Assembly (NCBI GenBank): GCA_963720665.1
Contig: CAVRGI010000014.1
Coordinates: 38,643 to 102,642, forward strand
DNA from: an uncultured Solirubrobacterales bacterium
GTDB taxonomy: Bacteria; Actinomycetota; Thermoleophilia; Solirubrobacterales; Solirubrobacteraceae
Direction of reading: 5' to 3'
Length of the DNA: 64,000 bases
Notes under the pieces: model-generated
Databases searched by the model: none
What the model saw: the letters and a program-made list of their open reading frames with translations, nothing else
Told to the model about the DNA's origin: nothing
In this document: one piece after another, positions 18,941 through 28,483 of the stretch
Numbering within the stretch: position 1 is the first letter of the stretch
Layout of the letters: each line of letters begins with the position of its first letter
Translations under genes and position numbers: made by a program

Positions 18941-20093
18941 CGTCCGGCAGGCTAGCGCTCGACGCGGACACGCGGTCGCCCTGCGCGCCGGCGCCGTCGC
19001 CTTGCACCGCGCTGCCGTCGGCGGACACCGGAGCGGTTCTCAGGGCGCCGGCCTGCGCGAGCGCGGCGTGCGTTCGCCCGACGAGGTCCTCCCGCGCTCC
19101 CCTGTCTGCGCGCAGGATCGCCTGCGCGAAGCCCCTCCTGGTGAAGCCGCCGTGGGGCACCACGCCCAGCCGCCGCAGCCCTAGCAGGTACGCCCCGCCC
19201 TGGGCTTCGGGGTCGAGCTCCCGGCGGAACCCTCGCAAGGCGGGCCGCAGCAGCGTCCCCCCGAGCTTCGCCCGGGGCGAGGACATCGCGGCGTCCCTGA
19301 TCGCCCCGAGCATCGTCTGGGACACCCCCTCCATCAGCTTCAGCGCGATGTTCCCGGTGAACCCGTCCGTCACGATCACGTCCGCCACGCCACTGACCAG
19401 GTCGCCGCCCTCGACGTTGCCGACGAATTCGAAGCCGACGCGGCGATCCTCGCCGATCTGCGCGTGGACCGCGACCAGGCGGCGATGCGTGTCGAGCACG
19501 AGGTCGCTACCGCGATGCGCCTCCTCGCCGTTGGAAAGCAGCGCAACCCGCGGGCGCTCGATCGCGAGCAGCGTACGCACCAGCGCGACGCCCATCATCG
19601 CGAACTGCTCGAGGTGCTCGCTACGCGCCTGAGCGTTCGCGCCGACGTCGAGGAGCGTCACCGCTGCCCCCGGGACCGGCAGCCCGAGCGCGAGCGCCGG
19701 GCGATGGATCCCGCGCCCGCGCTTGATGTTGAACAGGCCGGCCGCCAGCGCGGCTCCGGTGCCGCCCGCACAGACCAGCGCCTGCGCCCGGCCTTGCGCG
19801 ACGGCTCTTGCCGCCTGCACGATCGACGCCTGCGTGCACTTGCGCGCGGCTCCTGCGGGATCGGGGCTCTTGGCGATCGACGCCGGCGCGTGGACCACCT
19901 CGATCGCGCCCGGGGGCGCGTCCTCGACCGCCCCGCGAAGCTCGCTCTCGGGCCCGAACAGGATGACTCTCGCGCCGTCGCGCGCCGCGAGCGCCGCGCC
20001 CGCCGCGACCTCGCCCGGACCGAGGTCAGCGCCGTTGCAGTCGACCGCGACGAGGACGCCCGGGACACGCTGCTCGGAGGCGACCGCGCGCAG
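18930..20093 (-). CDS. plsX: Phosphate acyltransferase PlsX (start codon unresolved)
   Basis: PlsX-like sequence runs through ORF 18930..19898. The same frame stays open upstream and encodes VLVAVDCNGADLGPGEV (the PlsX N-terminal motif). The only start-like codon there is CTG at 20093. Confidence 0.75.
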   Translation of the reverse strand: MRAVASEQRVPGVLVAVDCNGADLGPGEVAAGAALAARDGARVILFGPESELRGAVEDAPPGAIEVVHAPASIAKSPDPAGAARKCTQASIVQAARAVAQGRAQALVCAGGTGAALAAGLFNIKRGRGIHRPALALGLPVPGAAVTLLDVGANAQARSEHLEQFAMMGVALVRTLLAIERPRVALLSNGEEAHRGSDLVLDTHRRLVAVHAQIGEDRRVGFEFVGNVEGGDLVSGVADVIVTDGFTGNIALKLMEGVSQTMLGAIRDAAMSSPRAKLGGTLLRPALRGFRRELDPEAQGGAYLLGLRRLGVVPHGGFTRRGFAQAILRADRGAREDLVGRTHAALAQAGALRTAPVSADGSAVQGDGAGAQGDRVSASSASLPDDEP

Positions 20094-20108
20094 GGACCGT
20101 TCGGGCGA

Positions 20109-20165
20109 CTCGCTGCTCGTGCTCGTGCCCGTCCCTACTCGTGCTCGTGTTCGTGCTCGTGCTCT
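20109..20165. repeat. Imperfect hexanucleotide (GCTCGT/CTCGTG) repeat spanning the rpmF stop
   Basis: The sequence ctcgctgctcgtgctcgtgcccgtccctactcgtgctcgtgttcgtgctcgtgctc encodes the EHEHEHEHE tail of L32 and continues past the TAG. Confidence 0.8.
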
Positions 20166-20347
20166 TCAGGGCTATGCGGTACGAGGACCTCGCGGCCCGC
20201 GTAGGTTCCGCACACGGGGCACACGCGGTGCGGTCTGCGCGGGCTGTGGCAGCGCGGGCACGCGTTCAGCGCGGGCGCCGCGACCCGATGCTGGGCCCGG
20301 CGCTTGCCGGTGCGGCTGTGCGACTGCTTTTTCTTGGGTACCGCCAT
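20135..20347 (-). CDS. rpmF: 50S ribosomal protein L32 (zinc-ribbon form) with a His/Glu tail
   Basis: 70 aa, MAVPKKKQSHSRTGKRR...CPRC...CPVCG, ending EEHEHEHEHE. Confidence 0.9.
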   Translation of the reverse strand: MAVPKKKQSHSRTGKRRAQHRVAAPALNACPRCHSPRRPHRVCPVCGTYAGREVLVPHSPEEHEHEHEHE

Positions 20348-20369
20348 CTTGGGCGACAGGCTACCAGCC

Positions 20370-20888
20370 CTATTCGAGCTTCAGCTCCTTCAACTTGGCC
20401 CAGCGCGGGTCGGGCGTGCGCGGGTGGGAATGCTCGGCACCGACCTCGTTGAGATCGGCCGCGCACTCCGGGCACAGACCCGCGCAGTCCTCGCGGCAGA
20501 GGACCTTGGCGGGCGCCGCCAGCGCGAACGCGTCGCGCGCCCAAGTCGCGAGCTCGAGCGTCTCGTCGTGCACGTAGGGGCTCGTCAGCTCCTCGCCCTC
20601 GCCGGGAACGCTGACCTCGCGCGCGTCCACCGCGACCGCCGGGGCGCCATCCTTCAGGCAGCGCATGCACGGACCCGCGAGCGCCCCGCTCAGCCGCAAC
20701 CTCAGCGCGTACCCGCCGCCGGTCATGCGCGAGATGTCGAGCGTCACGGGCACCGTCGCCGGGCGCGCCTGGTAGCGCTCGCCGCCCAGCTCGAGCGCCG
20801 CGATCGGCACCTCAAGCTCGAGCCTGCGCCCCTCGCCGGGGCTCAAGCGCAGCCCGGCGAGATCGAAGCAGTGGGTCTGCGCGGCCAT
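20370..20888 (-). CDS. YceD/DUF177 family protein
   Basis: 172 aa with the C-terminal CREDCAGLCPECAADLN motif, in the conserved position upstream of rpmF. Confidence 0.85.
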   Translation of the reverse strand: MAAQTHCFDLAGLRLSPGEGRRLELEVPIAALELGGERYQARPATVPVTLDISRMTGGGYALRLRLSGALAGPCMRCLKDGAPAVAVDAREVSVPGEGEELTSPYVHDETLELATWARDAFALAAPAKVLCREDCAGLCPECAADLNEVGAEHSHPRTPDPRWAKLKELKLE

Positions 20889-20930
20889 CCATTTCAGGCT
20901 AGCGTCCGGGCCGCGGTCGGCCCTCGCCCC

Positions 20931-22553
20931 TCAGGCGGAGGTCTCAAGCTCGCGCTTGAGAACCTTGCCCGTGGCGTTGCGCGGCAGCTGATCGACGAAC
21001 ACGACCTCGCGCGGCACCTTGTAGCGGGCGAGGTTCTGCTTGACGTAGGCCTGCACCTGGCCCTCGTCGAGCTCACCTGCCTTGCGCGCCACCACGAACG
21101 CCTTCAGCCGCTGGCCGAACTGGTCGTCGGGCACGCCGACGACGGCGGCCTCCTCGATCTCGGCATGCTTGGCGAGCAGATCCTCGACCTCCCGCGGGAA
21201 CACGTTCTCGCCGCCGCTGACGATCATCTCGTCGTCGCGCCCCTCGACGAACAGCCGCCCGGCGGCGTCGAAGCTGCCGACGTCGCCAGTGCTCATCAGG
21301 CCGCTCACGACCTCCTTGCTGCCGCCGCCCGTGTAGCCTTCGAAGACCATCTCGTTGGCCACGAAGATCCGCCCGCCCTCGCCCGGCGCGACTTCGCACC
21401 CCTCGGCGTCGAGCAGCTTGACCACCGTGCCCAGCGGCGGACGGCCGGCGGTCCCGGGCGCGGCGCGCAGGTCCTCGGGAGTGGCGATCGTCGCCCACGC
21501 CACCTCGGTCGAGCCGTACAGGTTGTAGAGCACGTCCCCGAACGTGTCCATCACCCTTGTCGCCAGCTCGCCGGGCAACGTCGAGCCGCTCGCGGCGATC
21601 ACCTTCAGCGCGCTCACGTCGTAGCGTGAGATCCGCTCCTCTCCCAGGTCGAGTATCCGTTGCAGCATCACCGGCACGACCGCGAGCGCGGTCGCGCGAT
21701 GATGGGCCACCGCCCGCAGCGTGTCCTCCGCGTCGAACTTGCGCCGCAGCACGAGCGTGGATGCGAGGGGGAGGCCGAGCGTGAAATGCGCGAAACCCCA
21801 CGAGTGGAACATCGGCGCCGCGATCATCGTCGTCTCGCGAGCCTTCAGCGGGATCTTCGAAAACAGCGCCGCCGCCGGTTCCAGCGAGTCCGGCTGTTTG
21901 CGCGCGGCGCCCTTCGGGGCCCCGGTCGTTCCCGAGGTCAGGATCACGACCCTCCCCTTCTCCGCCGGCGGCGAAAGCGGCGTGTCCGATTCGGCCGCGA
22001 TCAGCTCCTGAAGGCGCGGGTCGGACTTCGACAACGGCCGCTCGCCGGGCTCGTGCCAGGCGACGTAGCGTTTGCGCCCCGTGCCGCCCTCCGCGACGAG
22101 CTCGTCGAACTCCTCGTCGTAGATCAACGCGACCGGGTTCTCGCGCCGCATCACGTCCGCGATCTGAGGCCCGGCGAACGCCGTGTTCAAGTACAGCGCG
22201 CTCGCTCCGAGCTTCGAACAGGCGACCGTCGCCTCGATGAATCCGCGGTGGTTGCGACACATGATCGCGACGCCGTCCTGTTCGCCGATGCCCTCCCGAT
22301 GCAGCGCCCGCGCGAGCGCGTTCGTGCGGCCGTCCAGCTCGGCGAACGTCAGGGTCCCGCGCTCGTCGACGATCGCCTCCTGCGTCGGATAGCGGATCGC
22401 CGAGCCCGTATACGCGGCCGCCGGCGTCGGTCCCCACTGGCGCAGAGTCAGCAGCGAGCGCAGCGCCTTGTCCGGGCGCATCGGCTGGATCATCCCGGTC
22501 CCGAGGAGCGTCCTCGCGACCTGCGCCCTGTGCCTCAGCTCGTGCGCGTTCAT
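20931..22553 (-). CDS. AMP-dependent acyl-CoA synthetase/ligase
   Basis: 540 aa with the LTSGTTGAPKGA AMP-binding motif, STGDVG and a GKVLKREL C-terminus. Confidence 0.85.
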   Translation of the reverse strand: MNAHELRHRAQVARTLLGTGMIQPMRPDKALRSLLTLRQWGPTPAAAYTGSAIRYPTQEAIVDERGTLTFAELDGRTNALARALHREGIGEQDGVAIMCRNHRGFIEATVACSKLGASALYLNTAFAGPQIADVMRRENPVALIYDEEFDELVAEGGTGRKRYVAWHEPGERPLSKSDPRLQELIAAESDTPLSPPAEKGRVVILTSGTTGAPKGAARKQPDSLEPAAALFSKIPLKARETTMIAAPMFHSWGFAHFTLGLPLASTLVLRRKFDAEDTLRAVAHHRATALAVVPVMLQRILDLGEERISRYDVSALKVIAASGSTLPGELATRVMDTFGDVLYNLYGSTEVAWATIATPEDLRAAPGTAGRPPLGTVVKLLDAEGCEVAPGEGGRIFVANEMVFEGYTGGGSKEVVSGLMSTGDVGSFDAAGRLFVEGRDDEMIVSGGENVFPREVEDLLAKHAEIEEAAVVGVPDDQFGQRLKAFVVARKAGELDEGQVQAYVKQNLARYKVPREVVFVDQLPRNATGKVLKRELETSA

Positions 22554-22581
22554 TCGCGCGCACCCTACTCAATCTGGCGTC

Positions 22582-23046
22582 TCAGCCCACCTCGGCCGGT
22601 TCGTCCTTGCCCTGCAGGCGCTCGCGACCGCGTTGGACGGCAGCGATGAACTTCGACAGGTTGACCTCGAGCGTGTTCAGGATCTCGTCCGCGTAATCCT
22701 CCGCGCCCAGCCTGATCTCGCGCTCGCGCGCGCGGGCGTCCTCGACGATGTCCTCCGCGGCTCGCTCGGCCTGCTTGGTGACCTCCTCGTCGCCGACCAG
22801 CCGCTCCTGGCGCTCCTGCGCCTCCTTGAGGATCCGCTCGGCCTCCTTCTTGGCCTCGGCGAGCATCTCCTGGCGCTCCTTGACGATCCAGCGCGCCTGC
22901 TTGATCTCCTCGGGGATCGTCGCGCGCATCTGGTCGAGGATGTCGTAGATCTCCTCCTTGTCCACTCGCACCGAGTCGCTCAGCGGGATCGTCTTGGCGT
23001 TGTGCACCAAGTCGTCGAGCTTGTCTATGAGTACCAGCACGTCCAT
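22582..23046 (-). CDS. Coiled-coil protein, probably in the SepIVA (Rv2927c)-like DivIVA-related family
   Basis: 154 aa. The N-terminus LIDKLDDLVHNAKTIPLSDSVRVDKEEIYDILDQMRATIPEEIKQA and C-terminus AEDYADEILNTLEVNLSKF resemble the actinobacterial protein found near coaD/yceD, from memory only. Confidence 0.5.
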   Translation of the reverse strand: MDVLVLIDKLDDLVHNAKTIPLSDSVRVDKEEIYDILDQMRATIPEEIKQARWIVKERQEMLAEAKKEAERILKEAQERQERLVGDEEVTKQAERAAEDIVEDARAREREIRLGAEDYADEILNTLEVNLSKFIAAVQRGRERLQGKDEPAEVG

Positions 23047-23053
23047 CCGCTAC

Positions 23054-23059
23054 ACCCTA
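23054..23059 (-). promoter_or_regulatory. -10-like TAGGGT hexamer 7 nt upstream of the ATG at 23046 (possible leaderless transcript)
   Basis: The minus strand reads ...caacggaTAGGGTgtagcggATG. There is no Shine-Dalgarno in between and no convincing -35. Confidence 0.25.
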
Positions 23060-23141
23060 TCCGTTGACGCCAGCGGGGGCCGGCGCGACGCGGTTGTCGC
23101 GCGAGCACAGACCATCGGGCGTCCGGATGCTGTCCAGTTCG

Positions 23142-23657
23142 TCACCGCCTGAGCTCTTCCTGCAAGCGCCGCGCCACGTCGCCGGGCACTAGGTCGTCAA
23201 TGTTGCCACCGAAGATCGCCAGCTCCTTCACGCCGCTCGAGGACAGGAAGCTGTACTGCGAGCTGGCCATCAAATAGACCGACTCGACCTCGGGATCCTG
23301 CCTGCGATTCAGCTGGTGCATCTCGAGCTCGTACTCGAAGTCCGAGATCGCGCGCAGCCCCTTGACGATCGCCTTCGCACCGACCTTGCGCGCGAAGTCG
23401 ACGACGAGCGTGTTGAACGACTCGGCTCTGACCCGCGGCAGATCAGCGGTCGCTTTTTCGATGAAGCCGAGCCGCTCCTCGATCCCGAACAGCGTCTCCT
23501 GCTTGCGCACCGAGCGGTTGACGACGGCCACCACCACCTCCTCATACAAAGCCGCCGCGCGCCGGATCACGTCCAGGTGACCGTTGGTGATCGGGTCGTA
23601 GGAGCCCGGGCACACGGCGGTCCCGCAATTCTCGTTCGCCTTGCTCGCCGGGGTCAT
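23142..23657 (-). CDS. coaD: Phosphopantetheine adenylyltransferase
   Basis: From the ATG at 23657: ...AVCPGSYDPITNGHLDVIRRA... The longer ORF to 23849 was trimmed. Confidence 0.9.
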   Translation of the reverse strand: MTPASKANENCGTAVCPGSYDPITNGHLDVIRRAAALYEEVVVAVVNRSVRKQETLFGIEERLGFIEKATADLPRVRAESFNTLVVDFARKVGAKAIVKGLRAISDFEYELEMHQLNRRQDPEVESVYLMASSQYSFLSSSGVKELAIFGGNIDDLVPGDVARRLQEELRR

Positions 23658-23679
23658 CTCGTTGGGCGGACTGTGCGTG

Positions 23680-24228
23680 TCATTCGTGGCGGTAGATCCT
23701 GATCTCTGTGTCTCCGTACCGGCGCTGTTTGCTGAGCGCCAGCTCGAGCTCGAGCTCGAGCGGCATTCGCCGATCGCTCTCGGCGACGAGGCGCGCGCCC
23801 GGCTCGAGCAGCGCCGGCAATCGCGCCGACAGCCTTCGCCCCCACTCACACGCCCGTCCGTACGGAGGATCGATCAGGACCAGATCGTATGTCTCTTTGC
23901 GCTGGCGTGCTGTCTTGAGCGCATCGAGGGCGTCTTCGCGCCGGACAGGTGCCTGCTCCTCGCCGAGCCCGAGTGCCGTCAGATTCGCGCGCAACGCAGC
24001 GATCGCGGCACGATCGCGCTCGATGAACAGCACCCGTTCGGCGCCCCGCGACAGCGCCTCGATGCCGAGCGCGCCGGTTCCCGCGAACAGGTCGATCGCA
24101 CGCGCTCCCGCGACATCGCCGAGCATCGCAAACAGTGCCTCCCTGACCCGGTCGGCGGTAGGTCGCGTCGTCCCGCCCCGCGGCGCCTTGAGGATGCGCC
24201 CGCGATAGCGCCCGGCGATCACCCTCAT
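23680..24228 (-). CDS. rsmD: 16S rRNA (guanine966-N2)-methyltransferase
   Basis: 182 aa with DLFAGTGALGIEALSRGA and DPPY motifs. It has a 4-nt overlap with the recG stop. Confidence 0.9.
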   Translation of the reverse strand: MRVIAGRYRGRILKAPRGGTTRPTADRVREALFAMLGDVAGARAIDLFAGTGALGIEALSRGAERVLFIERDRAAIAALRANLTALGLGEEQAPVRREDALDALKTARQRKETYDLVLIDPPYGRACEWGRRLSARLPALLEPGARLVAESDRRMPLELELELALSKQRRYGDTEIRIYRHE

Positions 24229-26477
24229 CCCGGGATCGGCTGGGAGGCCTCCGCGCCGAACGTCCGCTCGAGCGCGTCGCGCAGCAGCGCGTGCTCCGGG
24301 GCCTGTAGCCGCGGGTCGCGGGCGACGATCGCCTCGGCGCAGGCCCGCGCCCGCTCGAGCAGGTGGGCGTCATCGGGCAGGCAGGCGACCTTGAACTGGC
24401 CGGTTCCCGACTGGCGGGTCCCGATCAGCTCCCCCTCCTTGCGCAGTCGTAGGTCGATCTCGGCGAGCGCAAACCCGTCGGAGTGGCGCGCGAGCGCCCG
24501 CAGCCGCGCCGCGCCGGGCGGTCCCATCAACAGACACCACGAGCGGTGCTGCCCGCGCCCGACCCGCCCCCGCAGCTGATGCAGCTGGGAGATGCCGAAA
24601 CGCTCGGCGTTCTCGATCAGCATCACCGTCGCGTTGGGCACGTCGATCCCGACCTCGATGACCGTCGTCGCCACGAGCACGTCCTTCGCGCCCGCCGCGA
24701 ACTGCGCCATCGCCTGCGCCTTCTCGCGCGGGCGCATCGCGCCGTGCAGCAGCACCAACCGATGGTCCTTCAGCGCGCCGCCGCGCAGCCGCTCGAGCTC
24801 GGCGGTCGCAGCGCGTACCTCGCCGCTCGGGCCGCGTGCGCCGGCGTCGCACCGATCCTCGGGAGCGCGCGAGGCGCCCTCGTCGGCCTGCTCGATCTGC
24901 GGACAGACCACGTACGCCTGCCTGCCCGCCCGCAGCTGCTCGCGCAGCCGCTCATAGGCACGCGCACGCTGGGCCTCGCCGGCGACGATGCGCGTCTCGA
25001 TCGGCTGCCTGCCCCGCGGCAGCTCGCGCAACACGCACGCGTCCAGATCGCCGTAGTTCGCGAGCGCGAGCGTGCGCGGGATCGGCGTCGCCGTCATGTG
25101 CAGCACGTGCGGGGCGACTCCGGCGCGCGCCTTGCCGTCCAGGGCCGCTCGCTGGCGCACGCCGAAGCGATGCTGCTCGTCCACGACCGCGACCGCGAGC
25201 GCGCGGAAGTGAACGTCGGGCTCGATCAGGGCGTGAGTGCCAACGACCAGCTCGAGCTCGCCGCTGCGCAGCTTGCCGAGGATGTCCGCCCGCATGCGCG
25301 CGCCGGTCGAACCCGTCAGCAGGGCGCACTTGACGTGCGCGTGCGCTCCCGCGAGAAGCTCCTGCAGAGTCGCGAAGTGCTGCTCGGCGAGCGTCTCGGT
25401 CGGCGCCATCAGGGCGGCCTGCAGGCCGTGCTCGATCGCCCGCAACACCGCATACACGGCGACCACCGTCTTGCCGCTGCCGACCTCGCCCAGCAGCAGC
25501 CGTTGCATCGCGCGGTCCTCGGCGAGATCCGCGCGGATCGTCTCGATCGCCCGGCGCTGGTCGCCGGTCGGCGCGAACGGCAGCTCCTGCTCGAGCCAGC
25601 GCGCGCTCAGCGCAGGCGGCTGATCGAGGACCGGCGCGCCCCTGCGCGCCCGGCGCCTGGCTCGGCGGCGCAGGAACGCTAGCTGGGTCAGCAGCAGCTC
25701 CTCGAACGCAAGTCGCTCCCGCCCCTTGACGGGATCATCGGCGTCGCGGGGAAAATGCATCGCCGCCAGCGCGCCCGGCCGGTCGGGCAGGCGCTCGCCG
25801 ACCCTGATCGCGGCCGCCAGCGCCTCCGGCACGTCCGCCAGCGCGCCGCGCGCGCCGCGCATCAGCGTGAGGATTTGCGTCGAGCTGACGCCCTCCGTCG
25901 CGGGATAGTGCGCGACCTCCCCCGGCTCGCCCGTCGCTCCCGTCCGCCCCGGCGGATCGGCATCGCGGGCGATCGCGTGATGTGCGACGTTGAACTTCCC
26001 GCGCGTGATCAGCTTCCCGTGCAACACGAGCCTCGTCCCTGGCTTGTAGCGCGCCACCAGCCACGGCTGGTTGAAGAACATCGCGCGCATGCTCCCGGTC
26101 TCGTCGCAGACGAGTGCCTCGACCAGCGGCTTCATCCCGCGCCTGCGCACCGGACGCGCGCCGATCGCGCGCACCTGCACGGCGACCGTCGCCCCCTCGC
26201 CCGGCGCCAACCCCTCGACCGTGCGCGCATCCCGGCTGTCGCTGGGCAGGTGCTCGAGCAGCGCGCCGACGCTCGTCAGCCCGAGCGCCAGCAGGCCGTC
26301 CGCGGTCTTACCCGACGCCACCTCGAGCCGGGCCTGCAGCCGTGACGGCCGGGGCCAGCGCAGGCGCGCGCCCAGCAGCTCCTGTCGCGTCATGCTCCTG
26401 GCCGATGCGAACGCCCGCGGCCCGCTGTCGCCCCGGCCGGGCGCGAGCTTCGCGGTTGTCGCGGCTGGGGATCCCAT
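24225..26477 (-). CDS. recG: ATP-dependent DNA helicase RecG
   Basis: 750 aa with a wedge/OB region, GEVGSGKT, VVDEQHRFG and QLHQLRGRVGRG. The start may instead be the internal ATG near 26393. Confidence 0.9.
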   Translation of the reverse strand: MGSPAATTAKLAPGRGDSGPRAFASARSMTRQELLGARLRWPRPSRLQARLEVASGKTADGLLALGLTSVGALLEHLPSDSRDARTVEGLAPGEGATVAVQVRAIGARPVRRRGMKPLVEALVCDETGSMRAMFFNQPWLVARYKPGTRLVLHGKLITRGKFNVAHHAIARDADPPGRTGATGEPGEVAHYPATEGVSSTQILTLMRGARGALADVPEALAAAIRVGERLPDRPGALAAMHFPRDADDPVKGRERLAFEELLLTQLAFLRRRARRRARRGAPVLDQPPALSARWLEQELPFAPTGDQRRAIETIRADLAEDRAMQRLLLGEVGSGKTVVAVYAVLRAIEHGLQAALMAPTETLAEQHFATLQELLAGAHAHVKCALLTGSTGARMRADILGKLRSGELELVVGTHALIEPDVHFRALAVAVVDEQHRFGVRQRAALDGKARAGVAPHVLHMTATPIPRTLALANYGDLDACVLRELPRGRQPIETRIVAGEAQRARAYERLREQLRAGRQAYVVCPQIEQADEGASRAPEDRCDAGARGPSGEVRAATAELERLRGGALKDHRLVLLHGAMRPREKAQAMAQFAAGAKDVLVATTVIEVGIDVPNATVMLIENAERFGISQLHQLRGRVGRGQHRSWCLLMGPPGAARLRALARHSDGFALAEIDLRLRKEGELIGTRQSGTGQFKVACLPDDAHLLERARACAEAIVARDPRLQAPEHALLRDALERTFGAEASQPIPG

Positions 26478-26510
26478 CGGCAGTCGGGATGATGACCACC
26501 GCGGCGGTCA

Positions 26511-28187
26511 TCACTCCGCGGCGAGCAGCCACCAGTATGCGCGCTGGCCGCCATCGCGCAGCTCGAGCTCGACGTCGCCGTTGACCATCGCTTCGATCTG
26601 CTCGCGCGCGAGCGGCGCGTCGGCGCCGATCAGGCAGCTGATCAGCTCGGCCTCCTGCGCGAGCCGCTCGATCACGGCGCTCAGGGTGCCCGCCGGGTCT
26701 CCCCAGGCGTGCACGTCCTCGGCGACGAACCCGACCGCATCGCCGCGCGCGAAGCGCCCTTGCGCGTCGTCGCGCGCGGCCGGCGCCACCGCGCCGGTGC
26801 GCACGTGCGCGAGCGCCTCCGCCAACGCGCCGGCGTTCTCCTCGACGCTGCGTGTCTCGTCGAGCGCCACCGCCGCGACCAGGCCCGCCTGCTGGCTGAC
26901 CGCCGGCGCGACCAGCACCAGCTTGTCCGACAGCTCCGCCGCCCGCTCGGCGGCCATCACCACGTTGGCACTGCCCGGCAGCAGCAGCACCTCCTCGGCA
27001 GGCACGTCGTGGATCGCGGCGAGCAGCTCATACGTCGAGGGGTTCAGGGTCGGGCCGCCGTCGATCGTGCGCACGCCGAGCTCCTCGAACATCCGCGCCA
27101 GTCCGTCGCCTGCCACGACCGCCAGCGCCCGGCAGCGCGCCGGTGCGCCGGCGGGCGCCGGCGTACCTGCGCCGCGCGCGAAACCGTGCAGGCGCTCGTC
27201 GCGCGCGGCGACCTGCGCGCTCATATCGGCGATGTCCAGGCGCGAAATCTCCCCCGCATCCGCGAACGTGGTGGTCGCGCTTTCCGGCTCGTCGGTGTGA
27301 ATGTGCACCTTCAGCGTGTTCGCATCCCCGACCACCAGCACGGAGTCGCCGAACGCCTCGAGCGGGGCGATGAAACGCCCCGCACTGAGTCCGCTGCCGG
27401 TGACGGCGAAGTTCACGCAGAAGCGATACGTGCTCGAGACGTGCTCCGGATGAGTGATCTGCGCCGGCGCGTAGTGATCGAGCTCGGGCGCCTCCTCCCC
27501 GCGCAGCGCCGCGACGACGCCTGCAAAGATGATCGTCAGCCCGTAGCCGCCCGCGTCGACGACGCCGGCCTCGCGCAGCGCGAGCAACAGCTCCGGGCTG
27601 TGCCTGACGGAATCCTGGCCGGCGTCGACCGCGCGCTGCAGCGTTTCGGCGATCGCCGCTTCCTGCCCGCTCGGGTCGGTCGCGGGTCCCAGTCTCGGGT
27701 TCTCCGAACTGTGCGCGACGTCGGTCATGATCTTGTGCGCCATCTCGCGGGCGACGGTCAGGATCGTGCCCTCCGCCGGCTCGCGCACCGACGCGTATGC
27801 GCGGTTCGCGGCGTTGGCCAGCGCGGCGCCGATCAGCGTCGCGTCGATCAACTCGCCGGGCCGGCTGACGAGCTCTTCGGCAGCGCCGCGGATCAGCTGC
27901 GAGAGGATCACGCCCGAGTTTCCGCGCGCGCCGAGCAACGCGGCGCGCGCGACCGACTGAACGATCTCCTCGCGCCCGATCTCATCGATCGTGCGCACGC
28001 CGTTGTTGCCGTGCAGGCGATCGAGCTCCGCCAGCACCGCGCGCAGCGTCAGCACCATGTTGTCGCCGGTGTCCCCGTCCGCAACCGGAAACACGTTGAG
28101 GTCGTTGACCTCCTCCCTGCGTGACTCCAGGTGCGCCAGCCCTCCCGCCACCGCCGCGCGAAAACGAACCAGATTGGTGTCGCTCAC
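26511..28187 (-). CDS. DAK2 domain fusion protein YloV
   Basis: From the GTG at 28187: VSDTNLVRF...FPVADGDTGDNM (Dak2), followed by a YloV-type C-terminal half. The longer ORF overlapping rpmB was trimmed. Confidence 0.85.
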   Translation of the reverse strand: MSDTNLVRFRAAVAGGLAHLESRREEVNDLNVFPVADGDTGDNMVLTLRAVLAELDRLHGNNGVRTIDEIGREEIVQSVARAALLGARGNSGVILSQLIRGAAEELVSRPGELIDATLIGAALANAANRAYASVREPAEGTILTVAREMAHKIMTDVAHSSENPRLGPATDPSGQEAAIAETLQRAVDAGQDSVRHSPELLLALREAGVVDAGGYGLTIIFAGVVAALRGEEAPELDHYAPAQITHPEHVSSTYRFCVNFAVTGSGLSAGRFIAPLEAFGDSVLVVGDANTLKVHIHTDEPESATTTFADAGEISRLDIADMSAQVAARDERLHGFARGAGTPAPAGAPARCRALAVVAGDGLARMFEELGVRTIDGGPTLNPSTYELLAAIHDVPAEEVLLLPGSANVVMAAERAAELSDKLVLVAPAVSQQAGLVAAVALDETRSVEENAGALAEALAHVRTGAVAPAARDDAQGRFARGDAVGFVAEDVHAWGDPAGTLSAVIERLAQEAELISCLIGADAPLAREQIEAMVNGDVELELRDGGQRAYWWLLAAE

Positions 28188-28246
28188 GGCGACACGTCTT
28201 ATCACGTCCGCGGGATGCGGCAAAGGCGGGCGCGCGCTCGCGCCGC

Positions 28247-28438
28247 TCAGGCGGCCTTGGTGATCTTGCCCGCTTTCAAGCAGCGCGTGCAGACATACAC
28301 CCGCCGCGGCGCCTTGCCGACCATGATCCGGACCTTCTGCAGGTTCGGGTCGAAGCGACGCTTGGTGGCGACCATCGAATGGCTGCGGCTCTGGCCGAAT
28401 GCCGGTCCCTTCCCGCAGCTGTGACATACCTTGGCCAT
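28247..28438 (-). CDS. rpmB: 50S ribosomal protein L28
   Basis: 63 aa, MAKVCHSCGKGPAFGQSRSHSMVATKRRFDPNLQKVR... Confidence 0.9.
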   Translation of the reverse strand: MAKVCHSCGKGPAFGQSRSHSMVATKRRFDPNLQKVRIMVGKAPRRVYVCTRCLKAGKITKAA

Positions 28439-28483
28439 CGCGCCGTGCAGTGTAGCCGGGATCGGCGAGCGGCCTGGGCGCGG

